Source: Patescibacteria group bacterium
Lineage (GTDB): Bacteria; Patescibacteriota; Microgenomatia; UBA1400; PJMF01
Length of the DNA: 64,000 nucleotides
Direction: 5' to 3'
Assembly (NCBI GenBank): GCA_016861085.1
Contig: BOKR01000001.1
Coordinates: 67,271-131,270, forward strand
The position numbers and the translations under genes were made by a program. Below, piece by piece: positions 36,972 to 47,487 of the stretch; within the stretch, counting starts at the first letter, position 1; the number at the start of each line of letters is the position of its first letter. A model generated the notes under the pieces. It was given only the letters and a program-made list of their open reading frames with translations, was not told the DNA's origin and searched no databases.

Positions 36972-39602
36972 ATGACCGAGAAACAACCGACCATCCCGTT
37001 TTATTCCCAAAAACTTAGTAAGATTGAAGTTGATCTTAATACTGACTTTACCAAAGGATTAACTGGTGTTGAGGCAGAGAAACGATTACAAGCATATGGT
37101 CCGAATTCACTGCCTGAAGTTGCTAAAGATCCCTGGTGGAAAAAATTTCTATCACAATTTCAGGATTTTTTGATTTATATACTAATTGCTGGTTTAATAT
37201 TTTCCTTTTTAGCGGGAGAGTACATTGATGGGTTAGTTATTTTGATTATTGTTTTGGGTAATGCTATTTTGGCGTTCATTCAAGAGGGCAAGGCGGAGAA
37301 AGACTTAGAAGAAATCCAAAAGATTTCTGCCCCATATTGTACTGTACGCAGAGGAGGCAAAACCGAGAAAATACCAGTGTCACAAGTTGTTGTTGGTGAC
37401 ATTTTGCTTCTTGAAACAGGAGACCAAGTAGCTGCTGATGCGCGCTTGATTTCTTTAGTTAAGATGCAGGTTGATGAGTCATCTTTGACTGGTGAATCAG
37501 AATTTGTTAAGAAACAGACTGATCCTGTTGGTGAAGAAATGAATTTAGCTGACAGAACTAATATGGTTTTTAAACATTCATTGGTTCGGTATGGAAGGGG
37601 TGAGGCTGTTGTAACCGCAATCGGTGTCGAAACTGAGATCGGAAAAATTGCTGAGAAATTAATGGCAACCGAGAAAATGCCAACCCCTCTTGAAAGACAA
37701 CTTGAACATCTTGGTAAACGTTTGGGAGTTGCTGCACTTGTTATTTGTGCTCTTATATTTTTCTTAAACTGGGGTTGGAGAGGCAATCCACTGGTTCACT
37801 CTATTATTGATTCTGTATCTTTGGCAATTGCAGTGGTACCCGAAGGTCTACCAGCAATCGTGACAATTTGTTTGGCAATTGGAGTACAGGTGATGAGAAG
37901 AAAAAATGCAATTGTAAAGCATTTGCCAGCAATCGAAACGCTTGGTTCAACTGATTTCATTTGTACTGATAAAACTGGGACGATCACAGAAGGGGAGATG
38001 CGAGCGGTTGCTGCATACTTTGATGGCAAATCTCATAATTTCAGAGACATAGAAAATAAAAAAGTAAACCAGAGCCTATCTAGACTGCTAGAAATTGCAC
38101 TTTCTTGTAATAATGCTACCGATGGTTCTGGCTCACCAACAGAAGTCGCACTACTAGAAATTGCAACAAAATTTGGCATAGTTCGAGTTGCAAAAGTTGA
38201 TGAAAACCCATTCGACTCAGCTCGAAAAGCAATGAGTACAATTCATAAAACTGGAAAAAAATATATTTCAATGGTTAAAGGTTCACCTGAAGCAATTTTA
38301 GCAAGTTCAACACACATACTAGAGCACGGCAAACACTCTGCTATGACAACAGAGAAACTCAAAAAGCTACATACAGATCTTTCTGAAATCTCAAGAAAGG
38401 GATTGCGCGTTTTAGCATTTGCGTACAAAGATTCGCTAACAAGTATTCCAAAAAGTACTAAATCTGCAGAGAGTGATTTGACATTTGTTGGTTTTATTGG
38501 CTTGAAAGATCCAATTAGAAAAGAGGCAAGAGAAGCAATCGCACAACTCAAAGCGACCGGTATTACGCCCGTTATGATCACTGGAGACCAACATGAAACT
38601 GCATTTATTATTGCGAAAGAAGCAGGAATTTTAGACGCTGATGATGAACTTGATACAAGTGTAGTGCATGGTCAACAGTTACAAGGTATGACAGATGCTC
38701 AACTGCAAAATATTTGTGAAAAAGTTAAGGTTTATGCCAGAGTTGAACCAAATGACAAGCTTAGAATTGTTCAAGCTCTTCAATCAAAAAAACACATTGT
38801 AGCCATGTCTGGTGACGGGATTAATGACTCTCCAGCGATTAAAGCAGCAGATATTGGATTGGCAATGGGTATTCGTGGTACTGAAGTGACAAAAAGTGTA
38901 GCAGATGTGGTGCTCGTTGATGATAATTATCTTACTATTGCGGCTGCAGTGGCAAATAGCAGAGTTATTTTAAGAAATATCAAATTTTTCACATCATACT
39001 TACTTTCTTGTAATGCTGCGGAGATTCTTATTGTTCTTTTTGCGGTTCTTTCTGGATTGCCGATGCCTTTGAATGCACGGTTGTTATTATGGTTAAATGT
39101 CGTTTCTGACTTCTTGCCGGCACTTGCAATGTCATATGAACCATTTAGTTCTGCGGTAATGAAGCGTGGTCCAAATCCAGCTGGAGCTCCAGTTATTGAC
39201 AGGAGAATGTGGATTCATATTTCAGTACAAACTCTTGTCTCTTCAGTGCTTGTATTTTTGACTTACGTGTACTATGACCACTTTTCGCACGAAATGGGCA
39301 TGACTGCAGCTTTTGTTGTGTTGGCAATGGCTGAGGTTTTTAGAGCTTTAACGGCACGCTCTCACATTTTTTCATTGTTCCAAATCGGTGCATTCAAAAA
39401 CAAGGTAAGTAACCTTGCTGTTGTTGTTTCTTCTGCTTTGGTTCTGTCTTTGGTGTATATTCCATTTATGAGACATATCTTTGATACAGTGTACTTGGAT
39501 TTTTCAGTTCTTAGGAACTTATTGCTCATAGCACTTGTGATGCCAGTTGTTGAAGAGTTGACAAAGTGGTTTATTAGGGCGAATAAAATTCAACCGTATT
39601 AG
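36972..39602 (+). CDS. cation-transporting P-type ATPase (P2-type, Ca2+/Mg2+-like)
   Basis: DKTGTITEG phosphorylation motif, TGES, GDGINDSPAIKAADIG. 8-10 TM helices. The TATAAT is 9 nt upstream of the ATG. Confidence 0.85.
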   Translation: MTEKQPTIPFYSQKLSKIEVDLNTDFTKGLTGVEAEKRLQAYGPNSLPEVAKDPWWKKFLSQFQDFLIYILIAGLIFSFLAGEYIDGLVILIIVLGNAILAFIQEGKAEKDLEEIQKISAPYCTVRRGGKTEKIPVSQVVVGDILLLETGDQVAADARLISLVKMQVDESSLTGESEFVKKQTDPVGEEMNLADRTNMVFKHSLVRYGRGEAVVTAIGVETEIGKIAEKLMATEKMPTPLERQLEHLGKRLGVAALVICALIFFLNWGWRGNPLVHSIIDSVSLAIAVVPEGLPAIVTICLAIGVQVMRRKNAIVKHLPAIETLGSTDFICTDKTGTITEGEMRAVAAYFDGKSHNFRDIENKKVNQSLSRLLEIALSCNNATDGSGSPTEVALLEIATKFGIVRVAKVDENPFDSARKAMSTIHKTGKKYISMVKGSPEAILASSTHILEHGKHSAMTTEKLKKLHTDLSEISRKGLRVLAFAYKDSLTSIPKSTKSAESDLTFVGFIGLKDPIRKEAREAIAQLKATGITPVMITGDQHETAFIIAKEAGILDADDELDTSVVHGQQLQGMTDAQLQNICEKVKVYARVEPNDKLRIVQALQSKKHIVAMSGDGINDSPAIKAADIGLAMGIRGTEVTKSVADVVLVDDNYLTIAAAVANSRVILRNIKFFTSYLLSCNAAEILIVLFAVLSGLPMPLNARLLLWLNVVSDFLPALAMSYEPFSSAVMKRGPNPAGAPVIDRRMWIHISVQTLVSSVLVFLTYVYYDHFSHEMGMTAAFVVLAMAEVFRALTARSHIFSLFQIGAFKNKVSNLAVVVSSALVLSLVYIPFMRHIFDTVYLDFSVLRNLLLIALVMPVVEELTKWFIRANKIQPY

Positions 39603-39703
39603 CAACAAGCTTTTTTGCAATGTGCTTTGTGGTAAAATACACGAAGTAAAAGAACAAACGCATATTTTTTGTCTTAACGGCAAAATCAGTAAGAAAGAAA
39701 CTA

Positions 39704-40423
39704 ATGCCCAAATATCCAATTAACGAATCAAAGAATAAGATTGCAGTCATTTCCTTAGGAGGATCACTCATTGTTCCTGACAAAGTAGATACACAATATC
39801 TTTCACAATTCAGAACATTTATTTTAGACCAGCTCAATAAAGGCTGGCGTTTTTTTATTATTACAGGTGGTGGAGCTCAAGCCAGAAACTATAGTGAAGC
39901 AGCAACAAAAATAATGGGAAATGAGATTACCAAAGATGACCAAGATTGGTTGGGAATTCACGCAACTCGTTTTAATGCTCACTTAGTTAGAACTATCTTT
40001 AGAAATCAAGCGCAGCCTGTAATTATTACTAACCCAGAAACTGGTAAAATCTCCGATGCAAAAATTGTTGTAGCTGCAGGTTGGAAACCCGGGTGGTCTA
40101 CAGACTTTATTGCAGCCAAAGTTGCGCAAAGAATCAACGCTCCATATTTAATTAATTTATCAAATATTAAGCAAGTTTATACGGATGATCCTAGAACTAA
40201 TCCAGATGCTAAACCGATTGAGAAAATGACTTGGAGTGAGTTTCGTGACATGGTAGGAGATGAGTGGACCCCAAGCATGAATACCCCATTTGATCCAATT
40301 GCCGCTAAGCTAGCGCAAAAAGAAGGCCAAACAGTGCTTGTCATGGAAGGAAAGAACTTGGAAAACTTAGAAAAAGCACTCAACGGCGAAGAGTTTTTTG
40401 GGACCGTGATTTGTCCAGAATAA
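39704..40423 (+). CDS. pyrH: UMP kinase
   Basis: KIAVISLGGS ... ITGGGAQAR amino-acid-kinase-fold motifs of PyrH. Confidence 0.75.
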   Translation: MPKYPINESKNKIAVISLGGSLIVPDKVDTQYLSQFRTFILDQLNKGWRFFIITGGGAQARNYSEAATKIMGNEITKDDQDWLGIHATRFNAHLVRTIFRNQAQPVIITNPETGKISDAKIVVAAGWKPGWSTDFIAAKVAQRINAPYLINLSNIKQVYTDDPRTNPDAKPIEKMTWSEFRDMVGDEWTPSMNTPFDPIAAKLAQKEGQTVLVMEGKNLENLEKALNGEEFFGTVICPE

Positions 40424-40438
40424 ACTTTGTTACTACCT

Positions 40439-41185
40439 TTATAAATAGATTTCTCCAAGGATCAGATAACGAAGGCCAATTAAGAACAGGGCAATTAGTA
40501 CGATGGTTCTAAAGCTTTTTTGTTGAATTTTATTCACAAAATTTTTGGCAATGAATGCTCCCACAAATGAAATTGGGATACAAATGAGTAAAATAAACAA
40601 CCAAGGAGCGGTAAGTCTAGTGTCACCAATAATATATTGAACCAATCTAGAACTGTCGATCATAAATCCGATGACCCCAGAGGTTACAAGGAATGTTGCT
40701 TTCTGTAAGTTAAATGCAGAAAGAAATGCACTGCGAATTGATCCACCAACTCCAAAAACACCTGAGAAGAATCCGGAAAGCGCTCCTCCAACGACTGCGT
40801 TTCTTGAATCGGCTTTTAATTTCCACCTTGGCTTACAAAAAACAAACACGCTATAAGAGATTAAAAACAACCCAAATAATTGTTTTAGTAAGTGCGTGGG
40901 CAATATAAGTGGGAGCCCTGCAGCAAAAAAACTCACGACTAAACCCGGAATTCCAAACAGAAGCACTAGCTTGACGTTGATTCCTTTCTTGAAAAACGTG
41001 ATTTTCCAGATATTACTAAACCAATGTATGATACCAACAAAGAGTAACGTTTCAGGGACAGGTAGGATAAAAGAAATAATGGGAACCATGATTGTCGACG
41101 TTCCAAAACCAGTTACAGTTCCAATAATTGAGGCTATCAAAGTCAGTATGCTAATGAGAAAAATATTTGGCATCATAGTAAGCAT
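40439..41185 (-). CDS. TauE/SafE (TSUP) family sulfite/anion exporter-like membrane protein
   Basis: Polytopic with duplicated GxGGG motif segments (GFFSGVFGVGGS). Confidence 0.6.
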   Translation of the reverse strand: MLTMMPNIFLISILTLIASIIGTVTGFGTSTIMVPIISFILPVPETLLFVGIIHWFSNIWKITFFKKGINVKLVLLFGIPGLVVSFFAAGLPLILPTHLLKQLFGLFLISYSVFVFCKPRWKLKADSRNAVVGGALSGFFSGVFGVGGSIRSAFLSAFNLQKATFLVTSGVIGFMIDSSRLVQYIIGDTRLTAPWLFILLICIPISFVGAFIAKNFVNKIQQKSFRTIVLIALFLIGLRYLILGEIYL

Positions 41186-41237
41186 ATCACAAAGTTTTTA
41201 AGGTATAATACCTCTAGAGAAAACAAAGAAAGAGAGT

Positions 41238-42317
41238 ATGAGTTTATCAGTCGGAATCGTTGGTTTACCAAATGTGGGCAAATCTACACTATTTAATGCA
41301 TTATTAAAGCGTCAAGCTGCTTTGGCAGCTAATTATCCGTTTGCCACGATTGACCCCAATACAGGGATTGTTCCTGTACCTGATGACCGACTAGAAAAAC
41401 TTGCTGCAGTTGTAGGAACAACGGTAATAAAGCCCGCCACTGTTGAATTTGTTGATATTGCTGGGTTGGTTAAAGGTGCAAGTCAAGGAGAAGGTCTAGG
41501 TAACAAATTCTTGGCAAATATTAGAGAAACCGATTTAATAGTTCATGTGGTGCGCGGTTTTACTGATACTTCAATTCTTCGTGAAGGCAGTGTTGATCCA
41601 AAGTCTGACAGAGAGATAATTGAAATGGAGTTATTGTTAGCAGATATGGCAACGCTTGAAAAGCAAAGACAGCCAAAAGTTGCTGATAAGGAATTGCAGT
41701 TTAAATGGCAAGTGGTTGAAAAGATGCAGCAAGCTGCTAGTCAGGGCAAGTTACTTATCACAGTCCTTGAGTCTGAAGATGAACAAAAAGTGGCACGAGA
41801 ACTAGGCTTATTAACTGCAAAAAAAATTCTGTATGCTGTAAATGTTGATGAATCAGTTGTTGGAAAACAAGAAGAAGAGACCAAAAAATATGCAGCTGCT
41901 TTTGGTGTTTCCGCTGAACAAGTGGTAATAATCAGTGCCAAGATTGAATCGGAAGTTGCAGCCTTATCAGATGATGATGCAGCCCTTTTTCTAGCTGAAC
42001 TAGGATTAGAGAAGAGTGGTTTAGAACGATTAATCCAAAAAGCGTTTCATTTTTTAGGTCTACAAACATATTTGACCGCTGGAGAAATTGAAGTAAGAGC
42101 ATGGACAATTACTGCAGGGACCAAGGCCCCGCAAGCTGCCGGTGTGATTCACACAGACTTTGAAAAGAAGTTCATTAAAGCCAAAGTTGTGAGTTATACT
42201 GATTTTATTGAATTGGGAGGCTGGAAGGGTACCAAAGAAAAGGGCAAACAACGTCTTGAAGGTAAAGATTACATCATGCAGCCTGATGATATTGTTGAAT
42301 TCATGATCGGTGCATAA
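41238..42317 (+). CDS. ychF: ribosome-binding ATPase YchF (Obg-family)
   Basis: GIVGLPNVGKSTLFNAL G1 motif and the TGS domain at the C-terminus. Confidence 0.85.
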   Translation: MSLSVGIVGLPNVGKSTLFNALLKRQAALAANYPFATIDPNTGIVPVPDDRLEKLAAVVGTTVIKPATVEFVDIAGLVKGASQGEGLGNKFLANIRETDLIVHVVRGFTDTSILREGSVDPKSDREIIEMELLLADMATLEKQRQPKVADKELQFKWQVVEKMQQAASQGKLLITVLESEDEQKVARELGLLTAKKILYAVNVDESVVGKQEEETKKYAAAFGVSAEQVVIISAKIESEVAALSDDDAALFLAELGLEKSGLERLIQKAFHFLGLQTYLTAGEIEVRAWTITAGTKAPQAAGVIHTDFEKKFIKAKVVSYTDFIELGGWKGTKEKGKQRLEGKDYIMQPDDIVEFMIGA

Positions 42318-42377
42318 GCACTCAGCAAAAGAGAGGATTGACACGTCAGTCCTTTTTATAAGAAGATAGAAATATCT

Positions 42378-43823
42378 TTGATGCAAATCAGAACTTCATT
42401 AAAACTATCGACTATTATATTGCTCTTTGTTTTTTTGGCTCTTGCGAGCCTAATTGTGGTCTCATTTCAGCTGATAGATTCAGCTCGGCTACAGCGTTCC
42501 CTGACAACTGACATGCTTGTTGATATCAACAATCTACGAGGGCTAACTCTTGAGTATCTTTTGTACCCGAATGAGCGTGGAGAAGTTCAATTATTTAGTC
42601 AAATTAGCATGTTGCAAGAACGTTTAGAGTTCGTTATTCCAGTGAACCCCGATGAAGAGATGCTAATTTTTAATTTAAAAGAGGATAATAAACAATTAGT
42701 ATCACTGTTGCAACAACTTACAGCAAATTCTAATGGAGCGGGCATCCATTTTAAAGCAGATACACAACTGCAAGATTTATTGATTGGACAAATTACTATC
42801 GTTTCTCAAAGAATTATTAGTGGCGCTTTAGAACTGTCTAAATCTAGTGAACAAAGAATGTATACCACATTGAATGCTGCATATGTTGCAATTACAATTT
42901 CATCATTCATCCAGCTTTTTATAGTTCTTTTTATTATCTTTTTTCTTTTTAACAGGAAAATTTTTAAACCTCTTATCCGGTTAGAAAATGCCACTCATAT
43001 TGTGTCTAGAGGAAACCTTGACTATAAAGTACCAATTACAAACTATAATGAGGTGGGTAGACTTTCAAAATCATTCAATACAATGGTAGAACGTCTAAAA
43101 GGGATAGACGAGATTAAGGCAAGATTCTTGAGTACAGCGGCACATCAACTGCGTACACCTATTGGCGCAATTCGTTGGAACGCAGAAATTTTGTTAAAGT
43201 CAGACAAAGTCTCAGCAAAAGAGAAGCATAGCTTACTCAACGATATTCATGATAGTTCAATTCGTTTGTCAAAAACTATTGATGAATTGCTAGACGCTTC
43301 TCGTATAGAGCGAGGAAAAATAATTGATTCTCCACAGAAAGTTGATTTCCTGGAGTTAATTGAAGCTGTTGTTAAAGATCTAAAATATGAGTTAGAAAAG
43401 AGAAAAATCACGGTGAAGATTGAACGTTCAGTTCGAGAACTCCCTGAGGTTTTAGTTGATATGGAAAAGATGTTTGAGATCCTGATGAATTTAATTTCAA
43501 ATGCGGTTATTTACAGTAATCCAGGAGGAACAGTGGTCATTAGCGGTAGTTTAGATCAAGATAGGATAGAAGTAGCAGTGTCAGATGCCGGAATCGGTAT
43601 TTCAAAAGACGATTATCAAAAGGTTTTTTCAAAATTTTACCGATCAAAGCAAGCTATGGAGAAGGAGCCGAATGGTATGGGAATAGGACTCTTTATTGCA
43701 AAGTCGTATCTAGAGAGTTGGGGAGGAGAGTTGAATTTTTCTAGTGAACTGGAAAAAGGAAGTACATTCAGAATAAGACTACCTGAAAATATGGTAGTAA
43801 AAGGAAAGAAGGTTCTGGCATGA
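42378..43823 (+). CDS. sensor histidine kinase (TM-HAMP-HisKA-HATPase)
   Basis: STAAHQLRTPIGAI (H-box), N/G1/G2 blocks (NLISNAVIYS, DAGIGI, GMGIGL). Confidence 0.8.
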   Translation: MMQIRTSLKLSTIILLFVFLALASLIVVSFQLIDSARLQRSLTTDMLVDINNLRGLTLEYLLYPNERGEVQLFSQISMLQERLEFVIPVNPDEEMLIFNLKEDNKQLVSLLQQLTANSNGAGIHFKADTQLQDLLIGQITIVSQRIISGALELSKSSEQRMYTTLNAAYVAITISSFIQLFIVLFIIFFLFNRKIFKPLIRLENATHIVSRGNLDYKVPITNYNEVGRLSKSFNTMVERLKGIDEIKARFLSTAAHQLRTPIGAIRWNAEILLKSDKVSAKEKHSLLNDIHDSSIRLSKTIDELLDASRIERGKIIDSPQKVDFLELIEAVVKDLKYELEKRKITVKIERSVRELPEVLVDMEKMFEILMNLISNAVIYSNPGGTVVISGSLDQDRIEVAVSDAGIGISKDDYQKVFSKFYRSKQAMEKEPNGMGIGLFIAKSYLESWGGELNFSSELEKGSTFRIRLPENMVVKGKKVLA

Positions 43824-44827
43824 AGAGAAAGCAATTAGCATTTAAGATGTTTTTTGTACTGATTGTTGTGATTATAGTGGCTATTAGTAGCAGTACAAAA
43901 GTTTTTAGGCAAGATTCAAATAAAGTAGAGAAAGTTACTATAGGTATAGTTGGTGACACGTCATCGTTAGTTGTATTTGCGAAAGAAAAAGGATACTTTT
44001 TAGACCAAGGTCTTGATGTGGAAATAAAGCAGTATGCGGTTGGGGCAGGTGCTCTTAACGACTTGTTAAGCGGAAACATTGATATAGCGGTTGGATCAGA
44101 ACACGCTGGTGTCAGGAGCAGTTTTAATTCCGACAAATTCAAAATAGGTGCGACAATTGCTAAGACTACTGCCTTTGAAATAGTTGCTCGTCGAGATAGA
44201 GGAATCACCAATCCCCAAGACATTATGGGGAAAACAGTTGGCTCTACTTCAGGAACTGCTGGTGAATTTTGGTTAAGTGTTTTTTTACGAAGTAACCAAA
44301 TGAGTCGCGATGATATTGATTTTATTTCTCTTTCACCCGCTGAACTACCTAAAGCATTAACTGAAGGAAAAATTGATGCAATGTTGAACCTTGAGCCTCA
44401 CACATACAATGCCAAAGTGGTGTTAGGTGAGAATGCGGTTAGTTTTAGAGGACAACGAGGACAGGGAGTTTATTCTGGTCTCTACTTTTCTAACAATTTG
44501 TTAGAAAGACAACCAGTTATTCCAGAAAAAATTATAAGAGCACTTGTAATGGCTGAGGGTTTTTTTAATGAGAATAGGGAAGAATCTTTGGCAATTATTT
44601 CAGAATATTTTGGTCATACTATTGAGTATATTGAGAACGTTGTTGTTCCAAAGTATGAGTTTGAGGTTTCTCTAGAACAGGCTTTAATATTGACAATGGA
44701 AGATCAAGCTCGTTGGATGGTTGATACTGGTATAGTTGAAGTACAAGAGATTCCGAATTTTCTGAATTATTTCTACTTTGATGCACTCCAGACGGTAAAA
44801 CCAGAATCAGTCACTATAGTCTACTAA
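43820..44827 (+). CDS. periplasmic substrate-binding protein (NMT1/SsuA/phosphonate-binding-like) translationally coupled to the kinase
   Basis: N-terminal signal anchor and type-2 SBP-like composition. ATGA overlap with the kinase stop. Confidence 0.5.
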   Translation: MKRKQLAFKMFFVLIVVIIVAISSSTKVFRQDSNKVEKVTIGIVGDTSSLVVFAKEKGYFLDQGLDVEIKQYAVGAGALNDLLSGNIDIAVGSEHAGVRSSFNSDKFKIGATIAKTTAFEIVARRDRGITNPQDIMGKTVGSTSGTAGEFWLSVFLRSNQMSRDDIDFISLSPAELPKALTEGKIDAMLNLEPHTYNAKVVLGENAVSFRGQRGQGVYSGLYFSNNLLERQPVIPEKIIRALVMAEGFFNENREESLAIISEYFGHTIEYIENVVVPKYEFEVSLEQALILTMEDQARWMVDTGIVEVQEIPNFLNYFYFDALQTVKPESVTIVY

Positions 44828-44844
44828 AACTCTGATATATTTTG

Positions 44845-44937
44845 TGATATAATACCTCAAGTTATATAAAGTATGTTTTGTCCATCCGCCAAATGCGGAT
44901 ACCACAGCTCTAGGACAAAACCAGAAAGGAGCACATC
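44845..44937 (+). promoter_or_regulatory. promoter (TGaTATAAT) plus structured 5' leader of the rpsF-ssb-rpsR operon; candidate S6:S18-binding autoregulatory leader
   Basis: Nested hairpin TTTTGTCC-ATCCGC-caaat-GCGGAT-...-GGACAAAA immediately upstream of the AAAGGAG RBS. Confidence 0.4.
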
Positions 44938-45279
44938 ATGATGGAACTTGTCAAAGACAAGCGAGTTCGTCAGTACGAACTTACCTACCTCTTACCAGAG
45001 GTTTTAACTTCTTCAGAAGTTGCTACAGTAAAAGAAGCAATCGAGCAGTTGCTTAAGAAAAATAAAGTAACAGTTGTTTCCCAAGAAGATTGGGGAAAGA
45101 AATTGTTAGCATACCCAATTAAGTATAAAAGCCAAAAACAACATGAGGCATATTACACTCATATGGTTTTAGAGGCTGATTCGACAAGAATGCCAAAGTT
45201 CGAAAACGACTTGTATTTAAAGCAAGAAGTTATGCGCCATTTATTAGTTTTGGCAGAGAATGTTAAGGCAGGAGAATAA
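44938..45279 (+). CDS. rpsF: 30S ribosomal protein S6
   Basis: YELTYLL ... EDWGKKLLAYPIK matches the S6 pattern. Confidence 0.8.
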   Translation: MMELVKDKRVRQYELTYLLPEVLTSSEVATVKEAIEQLLKKNKVTVVSQEDWGKKLLAYPIKYKSQKQHEAYYTHMVLEADSTRMPKFENDLYLKQEVMRHLLVLAENVKAGE

Positions 45280-45359
45280 AATACGAATGGGACTTGAGTA
45301 ATCTACAGTTTATGTAAGAATTGTAGATACAATGAAGCTCAGTAACAGGAAGGAAAAAC

Positions 45360-45827
45360 ATGTCAACAAAATCGCTTAACAAAGTTATGCTGATAGGTAA
45401 CGTAACCAGAGATCCAAATCTCAGATATACGGCGCAGAATACTGCAGTGTGTTCTTTTGGTCTTGCTACAAACCGAACATGGGTTGGTGCAGACGGGAAA
45501 GAAAAACAGGAGCAGGTAGAGTTTCATAACATTGTTGCGTGGGCTAAGTTGGCAGATATTTGTGGTTCACTGCTCCATAAAGGAGACAAAGTCTATATTG
45601 AAGGTCGCCTACAAACCAGAGCTTGGAAGGGTGAAGACGGTGTAGAAAAGAAAACCACAGAAGTAATAGCAGAGAACATGCTTTTGTTACGAACAGCATC
45701 AGGTCAAATGGCAGGTAAAGCTACTTCAGATGATGATGATAAAGATCTTATGAAAAAGGTTGAAGCCACTAAGATGCCTGAAGAAGACTTTGATGTTGAA
45801 GATGTTTCAGACGATGTTCCATTTTAA
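45360..45827 (+). CDS. ssb: single-stranded DNA-binding protein
   Basis: OB-fold NKVMLIGNVTRDPNLRY ... and acidic tail DDVPF. Confidence 0.9.
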   Translation: MSTKSLNKVMLIGNVTRDPNLRYTAQNTAVCSFGLATNRTWVGADGKEKQEQVEFHNIVAWAKLADICGSLLHKGDKVYIEGRLQTRAWKGEDGVEKKTTEVIAENMLLLRTASGQMAGKATSDDDDKDLMKKVEATKMPEEDFDVEDVSDDVPF

Positions 45828-45848
45828 TTATAAAAAAGGAATACAATT

Positions 45849-46076
45849 ATGATCAAAAAAAAGAAAAAAATTAGAGTTAAAAAGGCTCCAAGAGTATCAG
45901 CTGATGTCAGTTTCACATATAAAGATACTGAAATGATGGCGAAGTTTATCACAGAGCAAGGTTCAATTCTTTCAAGAGAAGAAACCGGTTTATCTCAAAA
46001 ACAGCAAAGACAACTTGCAAGAGAAGTAAAGCGTGCAAGACACTTAGCGCTGTTGCCATTTACCCAAGTTTTGTAA
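45849..46076 (+). CDS. rpsR: 30S ribosomal protein S18
   Basis: [39 protein letters not shown]. Confidence 0.85.
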   Translation: MIKKKKKIRVKKAPRVSADVSFTYKDTEMMAKFITEQGSILSREETGLSQKQQRQLAREVKRARHLALLPFTQVL

Positions 46077-46105
46077 ATTGGCTCAAAATTATTTTTGAAA
46101 ATTGG

Positions 46106-46156
46106 AAGCCCCCGCAGCAATTGGAAATTGCTAAAGCGGGGGCTTCTTGGTTTTCC
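46106..46156 (+). terminator. intrinsic terminator of the rpsF-ssb-rpsR operon (11-bp GC stem with nested inner hairpin)
   Basis: GAAGCCCCCGC ... GCGGGGGCTTC followed by TTGGTTTT. Confidence 0.7.
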
Positions 46157-46197
46157 TGCTTCAAACTTTTTAGATCTTCAGATAAAATAAACCTCTG

Positions 46198-47484
46198 ATG
46201 CAAAACCCATTTCAAAAGAAAAACAATCGATTTGTTGTAGATGTAGGCTTTATTGGTAAAGTTATCACAGTCATACTTTTACTTTTTATTGGTGCTTTTG
46301 CTGAAAGCAAGTATCTCATTTTAGATAGATATTTTCAGATCAATCCTTCTTCACCGCAGACTGGTGCAACTCAGCTTTCTAAGTTAGTAAATACAAACTC
46401 CCCCAAAGAAAAAGAGGACGTTGATTTTGATATTTTTTGGGAAGTATGGAACTTATTAGAGCGCGACTATGTTTACCCAGAAAAACTTGATGCGACTAAA
46501 ATGGTTGATGGGGCAGTTGGTGGACTAGCAGCTTCTTTGGAAGATCCTTACACCATGTATTTGCCAAAAGAGGCAAATGAACGCAGTGCACAGGATTTGG
46601 CAGGCGCATTTTATGGGGTTGGTATTGAATTAGGATACATTGATGGCATACTGGCAGCGGTTTCTCCACTTGAAGGCACTCCAGCTTTTGCAGCAGGTGT
46701 TAAGGCAGGGGACTTAATCATAAATGTTAAAGACGAAGCCAAAGGCATTGATGAAGATAGTACTCGTTGGCCACTCAATAAGGCAGTTGATGCAATTCGA
46801 GGTCCAAAAAATTCACCAGTTATCTTGACTTTACTTCGTGAAGGGGTTGAAGCTCCTTTTGAGGTAACCATTAAGCGTGGTGAAATCATTGTTGAGTCCG
46901 TTACTTTAGAATTTACTGAATCGGCAGGAAAAAGAGTTGCCCATCTAAAAGTGTCTCGTTTTGGAGAAAGAACAGATGCAGAGTGGAATACAGCAGTTGC
47001 TGAAATCGTCAAACAGAAGAACTCTATTAATGGGATCGTTTTAGATATGCGTAACAACCCTGGAGGTTTCTTTGAAGGCGCAATCAATATTTCAAGCGAA
47101 TTTATTGATGCTGGAACAGTGGTTACGCAAAAAGATAGATTATTTGAACAAGACTTTGAAGCAAGAGGAAAAGCACGTCTTGCTGGAATTCCTGTTGAGG
47201 TTTTAGTGAATAAAGGAAGCGCTTCTGCTTCTGAAATTGTTGCTGGTGCTTTGCGAGATAGATTAGGTGCACAGCTGATTGGAACAAAAACATTTGGAAA
47301 AGGTACTGTTCAGGATAGAAGAGAATTGTCTAATGGTGCCGGTATTCACATTACCGTGGCGCGCTGGATGCTCCCAGGTGGTGATTGGATTCATGATGAA
47401 GGAATTCCAGTCAACGTTGAGGTTGAAGATAATCCAGAGACAGAAGCTGATGAGCAACTACTAAAAGCTATCGAAATAATTTAA
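46198..47484 (+). CDS. carboxyl-terminal processing protease (S41 family)
   Basis: PDZ domain plus GSASASEIVAGAL catalytic block. N-terminal membrane anchor. Confidence 0.8.
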   Translation: MQNPFQKKNNRFVVDVGFIGKVITVILLLFIGAFAESKYLILDRYFQINPSSPQTGATQLSKLVNTNSPKEKEDVDFDIFWEVWNLLERDYVYPEKLDATKMVDGAVGGLAASLEDPYTMYLPKEANERSAQDLAGAFYGVGIELGYIDGILAAVSPLEGTPAFAAGVKAGDLIINVKDEAKGIDEDSTRWPLNKAVDAIRGPKNSPVILTLLREGVEAPFEVTIKRGEIIVESVTLEFTESAGKRVAHLKVSRFGERTDAEWNTAVAEIVKQKNSINGIVLDMRNNPGGFFEGAINISSEFIDAGTVVTQKDRLFEQDFEARGKARLAGIPVEVLVNKGSASASEIVAGALRDRLGAQLIGTKTFGKGTVQDRRELSNGAGIHITVARWMLPGGDWIHDEGIPVNVEVEDNPETEADEQLLKAIEII

Positions 47485-47487
47485 ACA

